Assembly: GCA_964291215.2 (NCBI GenBank)
Contig: OZ219790.1
Span: 1,824,001-1,888,000 of the forward strand
Direction: 5' to 3'
DNA from: Alphaproteobacteria bacterium
GTDB lineage: Bacteria; Pseudomonadota; Alphaproteobacteria; MPNO01; UBA830
DNA: 64,000 nucleotides
This document shows, piece by piece, positions 62,286 to 64,000 of the stretch. Made by a program: the position numbers and the translations under genes. The notes under the pieces were generated by a model. It did no database searches. It saw only the letters and a program-made list of their open reading frames with translations, and was not told the origin of the DNA. Position 1 is the stretch's first letter. Every line of letters starts with the position of its first letter.

Positions 62286-62998
62286 GAAGCCCACCCCCCT
62301 TCCTCCTTCGCCAGCGACATGATGTGATCGATAATGGCATCGCTGCGCCGGATTGACGAGTCGAAATCGTTCTCCAGAAACGCCAGCAGTTGTGCATTTC
62401 CCTTGGCGTCGGCGCTGTTGGCCGCATAATGATCGTTAACTCTCACATATATTCCCGACCGCCCGTTGTCGATCCGGACAGATGGTTCCACAGTGACTTG
62501 CACCTGTCCTCCCGTCGGCCGTCCTTCGGGTCGGGTATCCGCCATGGTCAGCGACCGCATCCCGCCGTATTCGCTGTCCAGTGCCAGTCCGAGTTTCTCG
62601 ACACATGGGAGCCAAGGGTCCACCGGCGCTAGCACTCTGCCAACACGATCCCGGGCGCGCTGGCTGGGCGCGCGGCAATGCACATCCCGGTTGACACCAA
62701 GCGCGTTGATAGGAGTATGGAAGAGGTGCTCTCCAAAGACACGCGCGACGAAGTCGCGAATCCGAATGTTCGGCGCCGATCGAGTTACGGCCTGAAAGCG
62801 GTCGGTGGTGGCCTCGAAATGGAGCCATTCCGTGGAAAACACGGTCAGTTCCGGAGAAGCGACTTGCAGCTCTGCATTGTCCGCGGCGCCCTCCGGCAGA
62901 AGGCCGTGCAGAGCGAACCAGGCGGGAGTAAAAGTCGCCGGGTTGAAATTACCCAGCAACACGACGCTCACGCTGCTGATCTCTGGTTCGATACGCAT
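62282..62998 (-). CDS. Hypothetical protein, TIGR04255-like
   Basis: SVVLLGNFNPATFTPAWF, HTPINALGVN, VNDHY. Confidence 0.7.
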   Translation of the reverse strand: MRIEPEISSVSVVLLGNFNPATFTPAWFALHGLLPEGAADNAELQVASPELTVFSTEWLHFEATTDRFQAVTRSAPNIRIRDFVARVFGEHLFHTPINALGVNRDVHCRAPSQRARDRVGRVLAPVDPWLPCVEKLGLALDSEYGGMRSLTMADTRPEGRPTGGQVQVTVEPSVRIDNGRSGIYVRVNDHYAANSADAKGNAQLLAFLENDFDSSIRRSDAIIDHIMSLAKEEGGWAS

Positions 62999-63013
62999 GT
63001 CAGTCTCCCGGCA

Positions 63014-63481
63014 TTACCTTTTCGGCTCGGTCAAGAGGCGCCGCAGCGCGGTCAGTACCCGGCGCGGGTTCTTGCGGTGCATGGCCATGCCCAGCCAGTA
63101 GGCCGCCTCCTCGCGCCCCATCGCCTCTATGCCTTCCGCCACGGCGCGCATGTTGTCGCGGCTGCGCATCGGCGCCAGCGTCCGGAAGAGCAGGCCGAGC
63201 ATGAGAGCAAGGTCCTCGGTCAGCGCATGGCTCCGTTCCGCCGCATCGCCCCGCCGGCCCGGCTTCACGCCTGCCTGCGACAGCCTTTTCAGCACCCGGT
63301 GCTCCACCAGGTCGAGATTGCGGCCCCTGAGACCGGCGACGCGCAGCGCGCAGGCCACATGCGGCGAGGCGGCGGCCGGCAACTGCCAGACCTCGTAGGC
63401 AGAGTCCGCCGGCCCGTGGCGGCGCACCCGCAACTCGTAACGCGGCGCGGACGCCTGCGCCGCCCGTTCCGCCCGCGCCAC
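63014..63481 (-). CDS. Small accessory protein of the DUF499 system (DUF3780 position)
   Basis: TAGTG overlap with the upstream gene; EEAAYWLG..RRVLTALRRLL. Confidence 0.75.
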   Translation of the reverse strand: MARAERAAQASAPRYELRVRRHGPADSAYEVWQLPAAASPHVACALRVAGLRGRNLDLVEHRVLKRLSQAGVKPGRRGDAAERSHALTEDLALMLGLLFRTLAPMRSRDNMRAVAEGIEAMGREEAAYWLGMAMHRKNPRRVLTALRRLLTEPKR

Positions 63482-64000
63482 TACGCCCTGGCCTCCGCCC
63501 GGGCGGCAACATACGCGGCGCCGCTGGCGAACCGGCTGAGCCGTCCGGTCAGTTTCTCCGCGGCGTCGCCGGCCATCGGCAGCCCGTTCTCGAAGGTCAA
63601 CTCGAACCCGGCCTCAAGGTTGGCAGAGATGGCGTCGCGAAGCTGCGGCTCCAGGAACTCCCGGACCGGCTGCGCATCCGCCACCGGCCCCCGGAACTCC
63701 AGCTCGAAACTGCCGCCGCCGCGGGTCTCGTACCCCCCGGTCAAGGTAACGATCCGTTCCGCCCCGGAAATCGCGCCCACCGCACTGAAAAGCGGGAAGG
63801 CGTCATCGGCATCGAACAGGCGCACGGTCAGTGCCGCGATCGCCTCCACCTGCTTCGCGCGCGCCTGCTCCCAGATCTGCTGGAGCGCTTCGCGAAGAAC
63901 GCCTTCCGCGGCCAGGGAGACGACAGACGGGTCGGAAGACTCCCCGGCTTCGTGCAATCCTCCGTTTTCCGCCCCTTCCGTTTCCTCGCCGCCAACGCTG
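63481..64000 (-). CDS. C-terminus of a large protein, probably the DUF499 ATPase (runs off window)
   Basis: Open frame to the window edge; identity inferred from operon position only. Confidence 0.55.
   Translation of the reverse strand, partial: SVGGEETEGAENGGLHEAGESSDPSVVSLAAEGVLREALQQIWEQARAKQVEAIAALTVRLFDADDAFPLFSAVGAISGAERIVTLTGGYETRGGGSFELEFRGPVADAQPVREFLEPQLRDAISANLEAGFELTFENGLPMAGDAAEKLTGRLSRFASGAAYVAARAEARA

Noticed and set aside
1-64000. CRISPR array, tRNA, rRNA
   Set aside because: No regularly spaced repeats or recognisable structural RNA genes seen by eye; tRNAscan/Infernal not run

Overview
GC-rich bacterial window. Gene content points to Alphaproteobacteria (Rhodospirillales-like); a host-associated lifestyle such as a sponge symbiont is plausible but only inferred. 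Intact housekeeping and catabolic blocks alternate with mobile-element graveyards at about 0.3-9.7, 29.8-33, 41-46.4 and 50-54.5 kb. The intact blocks include yggS, L,D-transpeptidase, a response regulator, an adenylate cyclase, an LLM monooxygenase, arfB, EamA pairs, a split nitrile/thiocyanate hydrolase, UbiD, a Rieske oxygenase, a TauD/PhyH array and proX-cnoX-LON-Trm112. The window ends in a DUF499/DUF1156/PLD-SNF2 restriction-like defence operon with a translationally coupled three-gene insert. Main observations: (1) five full copies of one IS66 element, plus ISAzo13, IS256, IS630, a second IS66 family and a group II intron, are eroded by many short, often microhomology-bounded deletions, while their termini and some target-site duplications remain perfect; (2) that IS66 carries the remnant of a Dam-like methyltransferase coupled to the transposase; (3) an uncharacterised three-gene cassette ending in a ComEC-like MBL hydrolase is nested in the restriction-like system; (4) a UGA/SECIS selenoprotein that the ORF track splits in two. 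No rRNA, tRNA or CRISPR array was recognised. All family assignments come from motif recognition by eye, not database searches.
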